A stretch of 63,996 bases of DNA, filler included, from Sphacelaria rigidula (lineage: Eukaryota): assembly GCA_964200075.2 (NCBI GenBank). It is 3 parts of 3 records of this genome, joined end to end, with 100 filler letters (N's around TTAATTAATTAA, not from the genome) between each part and the next. Parts side by side here need not be neighbours in the genome. Positions count along the whole stretch, not along the records: positions 1 to 21,417 come from CAXNAA020000425.1; positions 21,518 to 42,918 come from CAXNAA020000426.1; 1 more part is not named here. One strand, given 5' to 3'. Below the pieces are notes generated by a model. It was not told the origin of the DNA. It was given only the letters and a program-made list of their open reading frames with translations, and made no database searches. Below are positions 14,601-24,721 of the stretch, piece by piece. Position numbers and translations under genes: made by a program. How positions within the stretch are numbered: position 1 is the stretch's first letter; each line of letters opens with the position of its first letter.

Positions 14601-17600
14601 GGATATTGACTTATTCCATATATACTGAGTACTATGGGAAGCTGTATGTACGCGACAGCAGCGTAGGACTATCTGCTGGTGCCGGACGCTAATCCGTACT
14701 GATTCAAGGTCAGCTTTCATAGCTGTCTGTCCCGCCCGCATTCTGTGGAGATTGAGCAGTGTTATAAACACCGAGAACATCATATCATCGTGACGGTGTT
14801 CTAAGGTTCAAAGTTGACACGCCAAGCAACGCCTTTTAACACCCGAATCAAACCACGAAGCTTGTGTAGGAACATCATGAAGGTAGCAATGCTCTCGCAT
14901 TATGACCTACGAGTCGTCATTAACGGAACTCTTTCGACTTTTTGGACTTCGTCGAAAATTTCGATTTGTCAACAAAAAAACGCTGAAAAAAGCGTCAGAT
15001 TTCCGGAGTATTATGTAGTCAGTCTTCAATTGGTCTATTCCTTGACCTGGTTAAGATATCTGTTGTCACATTTTTCGGGGAGGAAGTTTTGTTTCCGAAA
15101 GATTAGGAAAAGTCTGAAACGCATAGCCCCGTTAAGAGCGACCCCAATACCCCATATCGTGCTCGAGACCCGACGACGCATGGGCCAAGATGACGTGCAA
15201 TCATAGACTCACCCCGCCAGCAAGTTGACCGTTGCTCCTAGACTTGACATAAGTTCGGTGGTTCTGGTAAAACTTGCCGAGCTCGAAATACACATAAACT
15301 GGGGCAGCCATGGCTTCCTCCAGTTGGAACGTCACTTCACACTGCGAGTGTATTAGAAGCATGGGCGATACGTTTAGCTTCTCGCGTTGTACACGATAAT
15401 TGTAGTATATTTTGAACAGTCATCCGAGCTGCCGAGTATTTTTTGCGAGTAGGATCACAGGTCGAGCCCTGTTTTCGTCGCGCACGCGACACAATGTAGG
15501 GCTGGAAGCAACCAATAGGTATCTCAACCTCAGTCAAATATGGCATATCTGCACACATACCCTGAATACCAATGTCAAGGTACACAAGGGAAACAAAGAC
15601 CCGGGTAAGGGTAATGCTGTGTGCCATCGACGATTGAGTACTAGATGAGCCAGATTCTGAGCAAGCCCGGATAGACGCACTTGCAGGTTGCCTGACAGTT
15701 CTGTGTCTTCTGTGGTCTCAGAGAGGGCGGCCGAATGGTACCCTAGCATAGCTGGCAGCCTGCTATCCTACGAGAACTGCGTAAGATTTGCCAGGGCCGC
15801 CAGTAACGGGACTTTTTGTCAGACTTCTTCGACTGTTTCGGGAAATGTTCCGACTTAAAAAAAAAAATGAGGGCAATATACGAAAAAGGGTGCACCCTGG
15901 GGCTTTTGGAACAACAAAGGGTAATGCATTTTCCGGTTTCGGGCGCGGAGCTGCACACGGACCGAAAACCTCGAAAACGCGTCCCAGCGCCTCAGCCCAA
16001 CGCCCACGGTGTCTGGGCTGCACGATCAATACTCTTCTTAATTTTCATACATGTTACTACGCTTAACCACGGCGCGGGAAAAGACAGTCTGCGAGAGTAC
16101 CCTTTTTTGTAAACCAACCAGGAGGGTACACCCTGCTCTCTGCTAAATTGTCGCCTGAGTAATGCCACCATAGGGGTGCGCATTTGTTTCTGGGGCTCTT
16201 TGCTGTAGGAGCCTCTCGATGACACATAAAAACAGTACCACGTGTGAAAAAAAAAAAATGGTCGGGTATGCAGCCCAGGCACCTTGGCGTGTGGCTGAGG
16301 CGCTGGAACGTGTTTTCGAAGCGTCCATCCCGCGTGCTGCAGCGCCGCGTCCCAAACCGATAAACGCATCACCCTTCATTGTTCCAAAAGCACCAGGATG
16401 TACCTTTTTTGTATTTTGCCCAAAAAATAATGCTCTAAAAAAATGCAACAGTAGATTTTCCGATTAATATTCATTTAGTCTAAAATTAAAATTGTTATAT
16501 TACTTGACCTGGTTGTGGAATCTGTCGTCACTTTTTTTTCGCGAACAAGTCGAACATATCTGAAAAAAAATCAGCAACGACGCTAATTACTCCAAGTATA
16601 TCGGAGCTCATTTTAATCGCGGCGACACTGTGAGTCGACGCACCTGCCGACCCTCGTTAATTGTAGAAATCGAACAGTCCACCGTCTTCCCATCACCGTC
16701 GTATTGTTGCTTTAGTTCTACAACACGCCCGTACTCGAGCTTAAGCCATGCTCCCCAAGGCACAAATAGGACACCGATAGTCATGAATAAAGCAACTACC
16801 CAGGCGGGCGTGACGATCGGCTGCACGGCTGGCAGTCGCTGTTGCCGGAATGCCGTATCTGGCGGCATGGGTAACATTTTGCGGACAAAGAGTAAATATG
16901 TTAGCGCGAAAATGCGCAGTAAGCGAATGACGGTGCAAGGATAAGCCGGGCCGTGAGCTTCAGTGCAGGTCTACTCGTGGTTAATTGCGTGGCGAAGAGC
17001 ACAGGCAAATAAATGTCCATTTTGTTCAAACACAACTTACAACTTGCGGAGTTTGTGTATAAAACTATGGTGTGGGACAAAAAATAAATGTGTGTGGTTG
17101 GGATGGATCGGTTGGGGTGGGTATTTTGTGGGATTCGTGGGAGTTCGGACAAGAAGAAGACAAAATGTTTCACGTTGGAAGTGGTGCAGTACGTGGTGGG
17201 TGTCTCGTGGTTGTCCACACGGTGTACTTTGAAATTGAAGAAAGAGCAACAAACTGTTGTTTGGTAACCGCGACAAGAAACGGGAGTAAGGACACCCCAC
17301 TACATGAGACAGTTGGGTGAATAAATTTCATCTTGAAGGAAACACAATCTGGCTGGATGTTCTAAGTAGGAGCTCCCTCAGTATCTAACCACCACGCGCT
17401 CTCCTGGTTTGTTGAGGCGAAGCTTCTGTTAGACATGATGAGTCGTTTCCGCTCCACAGTACACTAGTCTATACTCTGCAGAACAGATGGGTACAGCCAA
17501 ATGTAGGCCGCCGCAACAGCCCAGTGGCTGCACGGTTGAGCTGCACAGCTGTGCGACTGTATCTACAACAATAAAAACGACTCCGTATGAATACCTTGAG

Positions 17601-17630
17601 GTATTCCACTTTTGGGCCCGCCTTCCTCAT
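11635..17630 (-). CDS. CDC50: CDC50/LEM3 family protein (ALA-interacting subunit, P4-ATPase flippase beta subunit). Core exons 16858-16644, 15341-15213, 14508-14328, 14012-13884, 13388-13321, 13145-13001, 12358-12196. Tentative 5' exons 17630-17595 and 17425-17404; tentative 3' exons 12059-12020 and 11691-11635
   Basis: Spliced translation carries the family motifs DTAFRQQRLPAVQPIVTP plus TM1, PVYVYFELGKFYQNHRTYVKSR, NPCGLAANNMFND, ISW, NEHFMVWMRTAARSTFRNLYGRI, and NFHVSVFGGTKSLVITT..GNKN plus TM2. All core exons have GT-AG ends and matching phases. The terminal exons are less certain; an alternative stop at 12153 applies if the 12196 donor is unused. Confidence 0.93.
14920..15135. mobile_element. 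Short MITE-like element in a CDC50 intron (TTAACGG...CCGTTAA ends); related copies at ~15804-16575 and ~25800-26075
   Basis: Imperfect inverted termini ttaacggaact / agccccgttaa. The internal segment 'ttccggagtattatg...gacctggtt..atctgt(c/t)gtcac...gaaaagtctgaaa' recurs at 25920-26045 and 16455-16570. Confidence 0.5.
15870..16420. mobile_element. Foldback / MITE-like element with ~190-bp inverted arms inside a CDC50 intron
   Basis: 15882-16025 (aaagggtgcaccctggggcttttggaacaa...ccagcgcctcagcc...ctgggctgca) is an imperfect reverse complement of 16265-16410. Confidence 0.7.
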
Positions 17631-18035
17631 CTTGAATGATCATGGACGGAGGCACAACCACGCATGAGAGAACAACAACAGACTTTCCCCACGCCGAATG
17701 CCAAGCAAAAAGCTCCAGCTAAACCTGAACGTTGTTGGGGATGACAACTGATGATGGTTTTACCAAAATGCGGCGAAACAAGTATCGTTTGAAGTCTGCG
17801 CATGACCTGAAATTCTTCATCTTGGGGGTTCCAAGTCGGTGCCGCGGTACTACTACGCGGTGGTGCTGTACGTGCTGTATTCTACTCAACTACACTGTTT
17901 ACTGTGTAGCTTTCGTCTCGCACGGGCAAGGGGGTGTGAAAAACCACGGAGATTGAGCTAAACCTAGGCTGGTACCGCTGTCACAAAATCAGTTACGACT
18001 GCACTTTCGAAATACACGGCGCAACACTTGGAAAC
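17631..18035. promoter_or_regulatory. Putative bidirectional promoter / 5' UTR interval between the divergent CDC50 and SPX genes
   Basis: Only ~405 bp separate the inferred CDC50 ATG (17630, -) from the SPX ATG (18036, +). No specific cis-element identified. Confidence 0.45.
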
Positions 18036-18122
18036 ATGAAGTTCGGGCATCTGATAGCGAAAGAGATGGCTGCTTCACCCGCCGAGTGGGGGCCGTTTTG
18101 GCTCAACTACAAGCTCTTGAAG
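18036..18122 (+). CDS. First coding exon of an SPX-domain protein (phosphate / inositol-pyrophosphate sensing); downstream exons not identified in the window
   Basis: Translates MKFGHLIAKEMAASPAEWGPFWLNYKLLK, followed by the donor AAG|GTGAGG. This matches the SPX N-terminal signature MKFG...PEW...(Y/F)xxYKxLKK. Too short to appear in the ORF track. Confidence 0.85.
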
Positions 18123-18599
18123 GTGAGGCAGCGAGTTTGTTCTCATCCGCGTTGAAGCGTTGTTGTGACGAAAACTGGCGTTTCTTGGCGGTGAGGATTG
18201 GGTATTGCAGTCCATCGAAAATCAACACGGGAAAATTAGCCACCCTAGCAGGTAGTGTTTTCTACTGTTGTACGCAACTACAAATTGGGCCGCCTACGGG
18301 CACCTCAAAGGTCGTCAAGGCCAAAGTCCCCCGGGCCTCATTCTCACGAAAGCGGAGAGGAGAATATTCTTACTAACAGTTGGGTGCAGACACCGAAGAT
18401 GGGTTTTACGATGATAACCCTGCTTTCAGCATATTCAAGACTTGCACCAAAAGTCGAAAATTTAGTGCATGGCACGTAATACTAAATAAAAACATATCTG
18501 GGCGTTGCTGAGGTCTCGAGTGGAGGTTGGGCCCATGATTTATGTTTCCAGCGATGGACAAATTGCCGTCCCCCATCATGATTTGCCGTCCTCCATCAT

Positions 18600-19960
18600 G
18601 TTTTTTTTTGTCGCAAACGAACTGTGGTGCCCCTATCTTTCCTAGGAGTTCTAATTAAGGGTGCCGATGTATGGCTAATACCCTTCATGCGTTGAGGAGC
18701 ACTTTGCAGTCCGTCCGCAAACGGCGGATACGTCAAATAACACCCCCCGGGTGAGGGTGCTTGTAAAAGAGATATGCCCATCTCATCGTCGGAGAGGGGA
18801 AAAAAAGCGGTCTCGAGTCAGCAAGTAGATGCATGTTTATATTCTAGTGATCACTCCCGTGTTCAGGGACATAGCCATTGACTTTTTTACAGGTGCTGAC
18901 GGTAGATAGGGTCACTGCTGTACCTATGGAGGGGATGAATCAATCTCTTCCCCAGGATGTCTGCAGTCCCGTAAAAAAAAACAAAATATATCGCTGCTTA
19001 GGTTCGGTGTTGACCTTTCTTTTAGTACCACTCAGGTGTTCACACTCATTGCTGTCTGGCCGCAAATGACCATCACGTCGGATAAGACCCCCTTACCGCT
19101 GACAATGTTCGGGGAGGGGATGCATTAATATCATATCGGGAAAGGGAATTGGGCGCGGGGTAAATCATGAAAACTGTAGATTAGAGTGAACACGTTATAC
19201 CTTCACCACCTGCATTTTCAGGGACATCGTCATTCGCATTTAACAGACCCTAACAGTAGATTTTAACCCCTGTGCGTACGTGGGAAGGAGATGGAACAAT
19301 ATCTTCCCCGGGCTGTCTGTGGTCCCGTTAGGAAAACAATAGGGATTATTAGTTACCATAGGGTGTAGACTTCATATTGGTACCGGTCAAGTGTTCAGAT
19401 TCATCCTTGTCCAGCCGCAAATGGCTCAAACTTTGGATAACACCCCCTTCCTGCTGGAATTGCTCGGGGAGGGGATACATTGATATCATCACCGGAAAGG
19501 GGGATGGACGAAGGAAAAGGTCGCAAAGGACTGGAATAAGCTGGATACTTTTTTATGGTGCCTCCCACGTTTTCGGGGGCATCTGTATTCTTGTGTAAAT
19601 ATGCCCATATAGCTGGCCAACACGATAGATAACACCCCATTGGTTTGGAGACGGAATAGACCGATTTCATCTCCGGGTGGGGAGAAACGGGTGGTTGAAG
19701 ATGAATATTTTATTATCCAAACGAATCATCCATGTGTTCGTTTGTTCAGGAGCATCACCATTCGTGTGTAACGCGCCAAAACGGTACATACAACCTGAAT
19801 AATCATGTTACGGGCGGGGCAGGGGCGTGCGTTAGAATCCCTTGGTGAAGATTTTTTTGTTGTTGTTTGTTTCTTCATATTTCAATTATATCCCGAAAAC
19901 ACTTTCATATCATCCAAAGGCATTGCCATTCGCACGCTCTAGGCCGAGACGGTAGATGTC
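18600..19960. repeat. Degenerate interspersed repeat with internal tandem-like units (first two ~350 bp apart); a related segment lies at ~41005-41205
   Basis: The motif ttcagggacat(a/c)g(c/t)catt recurs at ~18862 and 19217, with weaker copies at 19745 and 19912. 18610-18800 aligns by eye with 41005-41200 (tcgcaaacgaa...cgtccgcaa...tacgtcaaa.aacacccc...tcatcgtcgg). Confidence 0.55.
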
Positions 19961-20749
19961 ACACCCAATTTTACGTCAGAAACCACCCCTGGGGACGGCT
20001 ATTTTCTTGTCCCGTGCGCCACCATGCATCCCCCGCCAAGATTAAAGCTGATCAATGTTGTTTGCATGCTATTATGCAGCGTCTATCAAAATTCGGGCTC
20101 TTACAAGCTGGTTCGCGCTCATCACCCCCAACATATTCATCAGCGAATTCCTTTCGCGTTACTTATCAAGTAGTCCTGTAAACGTGGTTAAGGTCTCATA
20201 CTCACAGCCGGATTTTTGTCCAAGGGCATGGCGGTGGCACTAGGGGCAAAAAAGTGCCCAAATCAATCAGCGACCTTCAAATTATTCTGAAAGTACAAAT
20301 CCGACTTTCTCAAAAAAAAATCTACCTAATGTCCATATGCTTCAAATCGTAGTAACCACCATCAGTTCGGAAATCTCACGGGAGGCGACGGATTTTAAAG
20401 CAGTTACTTTGTTATCGAATTATACCCAAAACTGTGGAGTTTAGGCATCGTCGGATTTCCACGCATGAAATTCACCACAGACCCAAGAAAGTCCACGGTT
20501 TCCGATGTTTCTTTTGTAGAAAAAGCTCCAACCACCCTCAAAGTTGGCAGCTGGGTAAGTATATGTATCACACTCTGGACAATGGACACAACAATAGCCC
20601 ATTGCTTCGATAATAGATGCTGGGGGAAACCTATTGATGTATATTGTCAAACGCAATGGATGGTGAAACACATATTGTAAATGTATTGCAAGCGATAATG
20701 GATGTTGCAAACGTCGATGAATAGCTTATTGCAAGTACAAAAGATGAAG

Positions 20750-20955
20750 ATCTCTGGCCATCGATGGACATCGTATGCCGGGATAGATTTTAGGATGTAT
20801 CTATAGACAGTCATATGCCCTGATCGAAATATTTGGTGAGCCATCTATCGGCAGTCATTGCCGGCATCAATAGATTTCGTGAGCTATGTATCGATAGCCA
20901 TTGCCGTCATCCATAGATATGGAGTGAAAAATCTGTCGAACGCCATTGCCAACAA
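20750..20955. repeat. Degenerate ~44-bp minisatellite
   Basis: Recurring unit tatcg(g/a)(c/t)ag(t/c)cattgccg.catc.atagat.. Confidence 0.5.
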
Positions 20956-21205
20956 TGGAGTCGGGGGTTTATCGACACAGGCTGGGCCGACCTAGACGCG
21001 GACTTGAGCTCTCAAAGCAATATCTCATCGACACAGACGAGGTGGGCCGTGATCCGCACATCGTACAGGCTGGTTCACGGTGATCACCCAAAATTGTGTC
21101 ATCAGCAAATGCATTCCGCAATACGCACCCAATAATCGCATATATGGTATCATACTGACCGCAATGAAGAGACGAAGAGGGTGAGATAGCCGGATTTTTG
21201 TTTAA

Positions 21206-21303
21206 CCGTTAGACCGCAAGGTTAGTCTTCTGTTGAATCGGCATCAATTTCAAGTGAAAAAAATTATGCATGATCCAGAAAGACTAATCTCGCGGTCTAA
21301 GGG
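21206..21303. mobile_element. 98-bp piggyBac-like MITE
   Basis: TTAA on both sides (21202-21205 and 21304-21307). The left end CCGTTAGACCGCAAGGTTAGTCTT matches the reverse complement of the right end, CCCTTAGACCGCGAGATTAGTCTT. A paralogous empty site is visible at ~20205-20245. Confidence 0.75.
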
Positions 21304-21417
21304 TTAAGGCCGTAGCGGTGGCGCTATGGACGAAAGCGTTTCCCAGCCAATCAGCGCCCTTCAAAATGTTCCGAGATCTGAATTACGAATACCAAGCCCA
21401 ATTTTCACCCAGTCTCT

Positions 21418-21517
21418 NNNNNNNNNNNNNNNNNNNNNNNNNNNNNNNNNNNNNNNNNNNNTTAATTAATTAANNNNNNNNNNNNNNNNNNNNNNNNNNN
21501 NNNNNNNNNNNNNNNNN
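21418..21517. other. Scaffold gap: 44 N + TTAATTAATTAA + 44 N (artificial linker)
   Basis: Identical 100-nt structure at both gaps; the 12-mer gives stops in all six frames. Confidence 0.97.
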
Positions 21518-22242
21518 CTGCCCCCCCAGGGGTCCAGCCGTGGTCTCATGGTAGACGTACCCAAAAAAAACGAAATTGAAACTGCCAAATCATAATATTC
21601 CGTACCGGATGTCAACCCCTCCTGCCGTACACGAATGGTCTTCATCGACTCTGGCATAGAAGATTCGTCTGGTCGACCCTAGGAATCCAGAGAGAATTTT
21701 TGCTTGAATACTACGACTTCATTCCGTACAAGCAAACATCCAGCATGAGTAGTGAGCGTAGCAAACCACAAACTCGCACACGACAAACATTTCGGGGTCA
21801 TGTCTCCTTGTGCAGAACAAGTTCGCAGGGCAAAAGAATGTAACGACCGGCCTTGAAACAGGCTCCTGACCTTCCTTTTGTCTTCCTCTTTTTTGTGATT
21901 TTTTTCAGCCTCTTCAAGTCTCGAGGGATCAACCACTTCGATATTTTGTTTTCGTTGCTCATCTCCTCTCGTCTTTCACGACTGAAATTATTTTCTCCGG
22001 ATGTAACCGCGCACCACCGTGTCTGCTGAGAACCGAACCCCCTACTCCGCCCTGACTGCTTTCAGGGCCCGCCAGTTACAGCATCGAGGCGCGGCAGTGT
22101 TCTTGAAAATTACAAAACTCTAAACTAGGCGCGGTGAACATGTCAGTCAACTCGGCCTTGCACATCTCCTTCTTCTGCAAGTACTGTGTATACATAATCA
22201 GACGTTACTTCGTCCCACCGGCCATCTTACCGTACAGTTGAA

Positions 22243-22608
22243 GCCGGTCGCCCCGGTGGCTCAGTTGGTAACCTCGAAACTTTCTCGCGGTTGGGTCGTG
22301 GGTTCGAATCTCGCTGCAGTCACACCCTCTGGGAGTTTTTTTCTCACACACTGCCCAACAGTGGAGAGCGACTATCTCGTGGGCACAAGAAATTCGACTT
22401 CACGGTCGACGAGGGAAAGAGATCGCTGAACACCTCTCGCAATAAAAAACAAGGCAAGCGCCGCAGAAGGAAGGGGGAGTGCTAAAGCAAAATAAGAATC
22501 ACTCCTGTGTTGGCCTCCCTCTTGTGTGACCCCGACTATTGCGCCCACATGAACCGAAAGGTGTAGACTGGTGTCCGGAATAGATGGGATGACAACACAC
22601 ACAATCAC
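22243..22608 (+). mobile_element. tRNA-derived SINE, full length (copy 1)
   Basis: Pol III A box TGGCTCAGTTGG (22257-22268), B box GGTTCGAATC (22301-22310), (CA)n-like tail, flanking direct repeat ACAGTTG (22234-22240 / 22609-22615). Homologous to 62513-62880. Confidence 0.88.
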
Positions 22609-24274
22609 ACAGTTGTGCGACGTTGTGTGGAACCACGAAGCATGCGCCAAGATCCCCACCTGTTTCGCTCTGTGCACCCGCCGTGGGTACGGAAGTAGCT
22701 TCTTCGGGAGAGGCTAACGGTGGAGCTGCTGAGGGCGCCGGTGTTAGCACGTTCGGATATCTTCTCGGCAAGCACGTGGGCGTAACTTCAGCACAAACGA
22801 ACTGAATGCCACGGATATCGTATGTGGACGCCCAAATGGTCACTCCCGTCGCGAATGCTTCCAATCCCGTGCCTCGGCAGTCTGTGGAGGTCACTGTCTC
22901 GTCGAGCGTGGCGTTCTCGAGCGTCCTGTGATCCCACAGGAGGGGAAGTGACACATGTCGTGAGTGATCGCAGCTCAAGTCTTTGGAACGGTATACCTTG
23001 CGCACTTTTCATGACCCATGTGTTTTTATGTGGACGGGGGGGGGGGGGGGGGGGTGTTCTCCGTTTGCTTTCTAGTATTCTGGACACCACTGTTTTCACG
23101 GGGGGGGGGGTTGCAGACGGAGCATGTACTACTCGTCCATAGCAGGGATGGCAATGTCAAAGTCGTTGTGGGACACAACATGGCGAATCTCTCGAAGTGA
23201 AAGTCGCTGTTGTGCCAATATCACTCAAACCATGACGAAATCAATATCAACAACCGCAGCGGGAGATCTACTGTGCGCGGTACTCTCTTTTCTTCGACAC
23301 TTGTACACACACGAGACCATGCTTTGACATGCTCCAAATTATAGGCAGAAGGCTACGACTTTCACAGCGAGTGATAGTAGTCACTGCCGGAAGGGGAGAC
23401 TATACCATTGAGGCACGGACATATCCACAGCAAGGGTGACCTCTAGGGGTCACGTTTTCGCGGGATGGAAATGCCAACAGTGCGAAAATTATCTGTTCCA
23501 GCCACGTTGTAACTCTTGTGCCACAGGCCGGTTGTGACTCTTTGTTCCAAAGTTCGTACTTCTCCACAGTGAGAGAGAGACTGGCACGAACACATGCTGG
23601 TTTTTTTATGCCTGAGTGCTGCATTTCAGGTTATCAAAATCTCGAACCATTTCAGATATCATCACTTTCGCCCGAAACCGCGACTGCCACCGAATGACCT
23701 CACGTCCTACACCGTGACCAATTCGAGCTTTGTTTCCCCATCCAACATCTCCAATCTGTCGACGAGCGGCGACAACTGGTAGACATCCGGAGCACATTCA
23801 CTAGCGCGTTCGATGTACGCTAGATGAGTCCGAGCAGTGCCGCACTGGTACACGAGGGTTTGGTACACATGGATGCGTTTTGAGTGATCCTTCATTAGGG
23901 GGGTAAAGACGTATCATGTTCAGCCCGTGTTCAGCACAGGGAATTCGACTGTGGGCACATGTTCTGCAGGATTATTCTCCTACAGGAAGGAAGCAAGCTG
24001 ACACCCCAGAGCTTATACACTTGAGGAGAGTAGTGTGTCGATGAAGCATGTGAACATGTGAGTATATATTACGTGAGATTCGATGAATGCGCAAGCTTTC
24101 GGCGCAACAATTCTTCACGAACACGATAAGAGTGCAACACAGCAATGAACGTGTAAACTTCCGGAGTAGTACCACATGATGGAATTACACAGAACTTTAA
24201 CGCGACTTCAACAACAGCCTGCGCCTGAGATCAGAGGTTGGAATCTCATCCGCAACTACACCTGAAGTCCGCGA

Positions 24275-24721
24275 CGGGGGGGGGGGAAGGGGGAGGGGGG
24301 GGGGTACTCATTTGTTGCTTGTCTTAGTCGTTTGACCGCTGACCACGCATCCCTTTCGAGACGGAGCGCCATTCCTACTCCTAACAGATACACCTCCAAC
24401 GTTTAGGTGCTCTTTAAGTTTCTTCCATACATCACACGAAAACCTTTTACATGTCTTACCCCCGTCCTGTTTCGCCGTCTGCGGCCACCATCCATGTTCT
24501 AGTATGGCTATCGCTTTTTCCACACTGTCTGATGCATCAAACGATTCCATGTCACCTGTGGTTACTCCCTGTATTTCTCCCTCTAGCACGTCCCATTCCT
24601 CCTTGTATAGTTCACATTCTGCAACTACATGAGTTCTACTCTCTATTGTTTTGCCATGGGGGCAGTTCTTCAACGAGGGGGGGGGGGGGGGGTCAGGTAA
24701 CTTCTTGGGCGAGGGACACAC
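24275..24721 (-). mobile_element. 3' fragment of a non-LTR (LINE) retrotransposon ORF2 with a C-terminal zinc-knuckle-like motif
   Basis: CPHGKTIESRTHVVAECELY fits the Cx2C-x5-E(S/T)xxH-x3-EC motif of LINE ORF2 C-termini, with the second Cys degenerate. The ORF is 5'-truncated and followed by a C-rich tract. Confidence 0.7.

Noticed and set aside
21462..21473. TTAATTAATTAA island inside the N runs (also 42963-42974)
   Set aside because: Identical placement in both 100-nt gaps; an artificial six-frame stop linker, not biology.
22250..22325. tRNA gene (also ~62520-62590)
   Set aside because: A and B boxes are present, but there is no convincing acceptor or anticodon stem, and it continues into a shared ~300-bp body with a tail and TSD: a SINE head.
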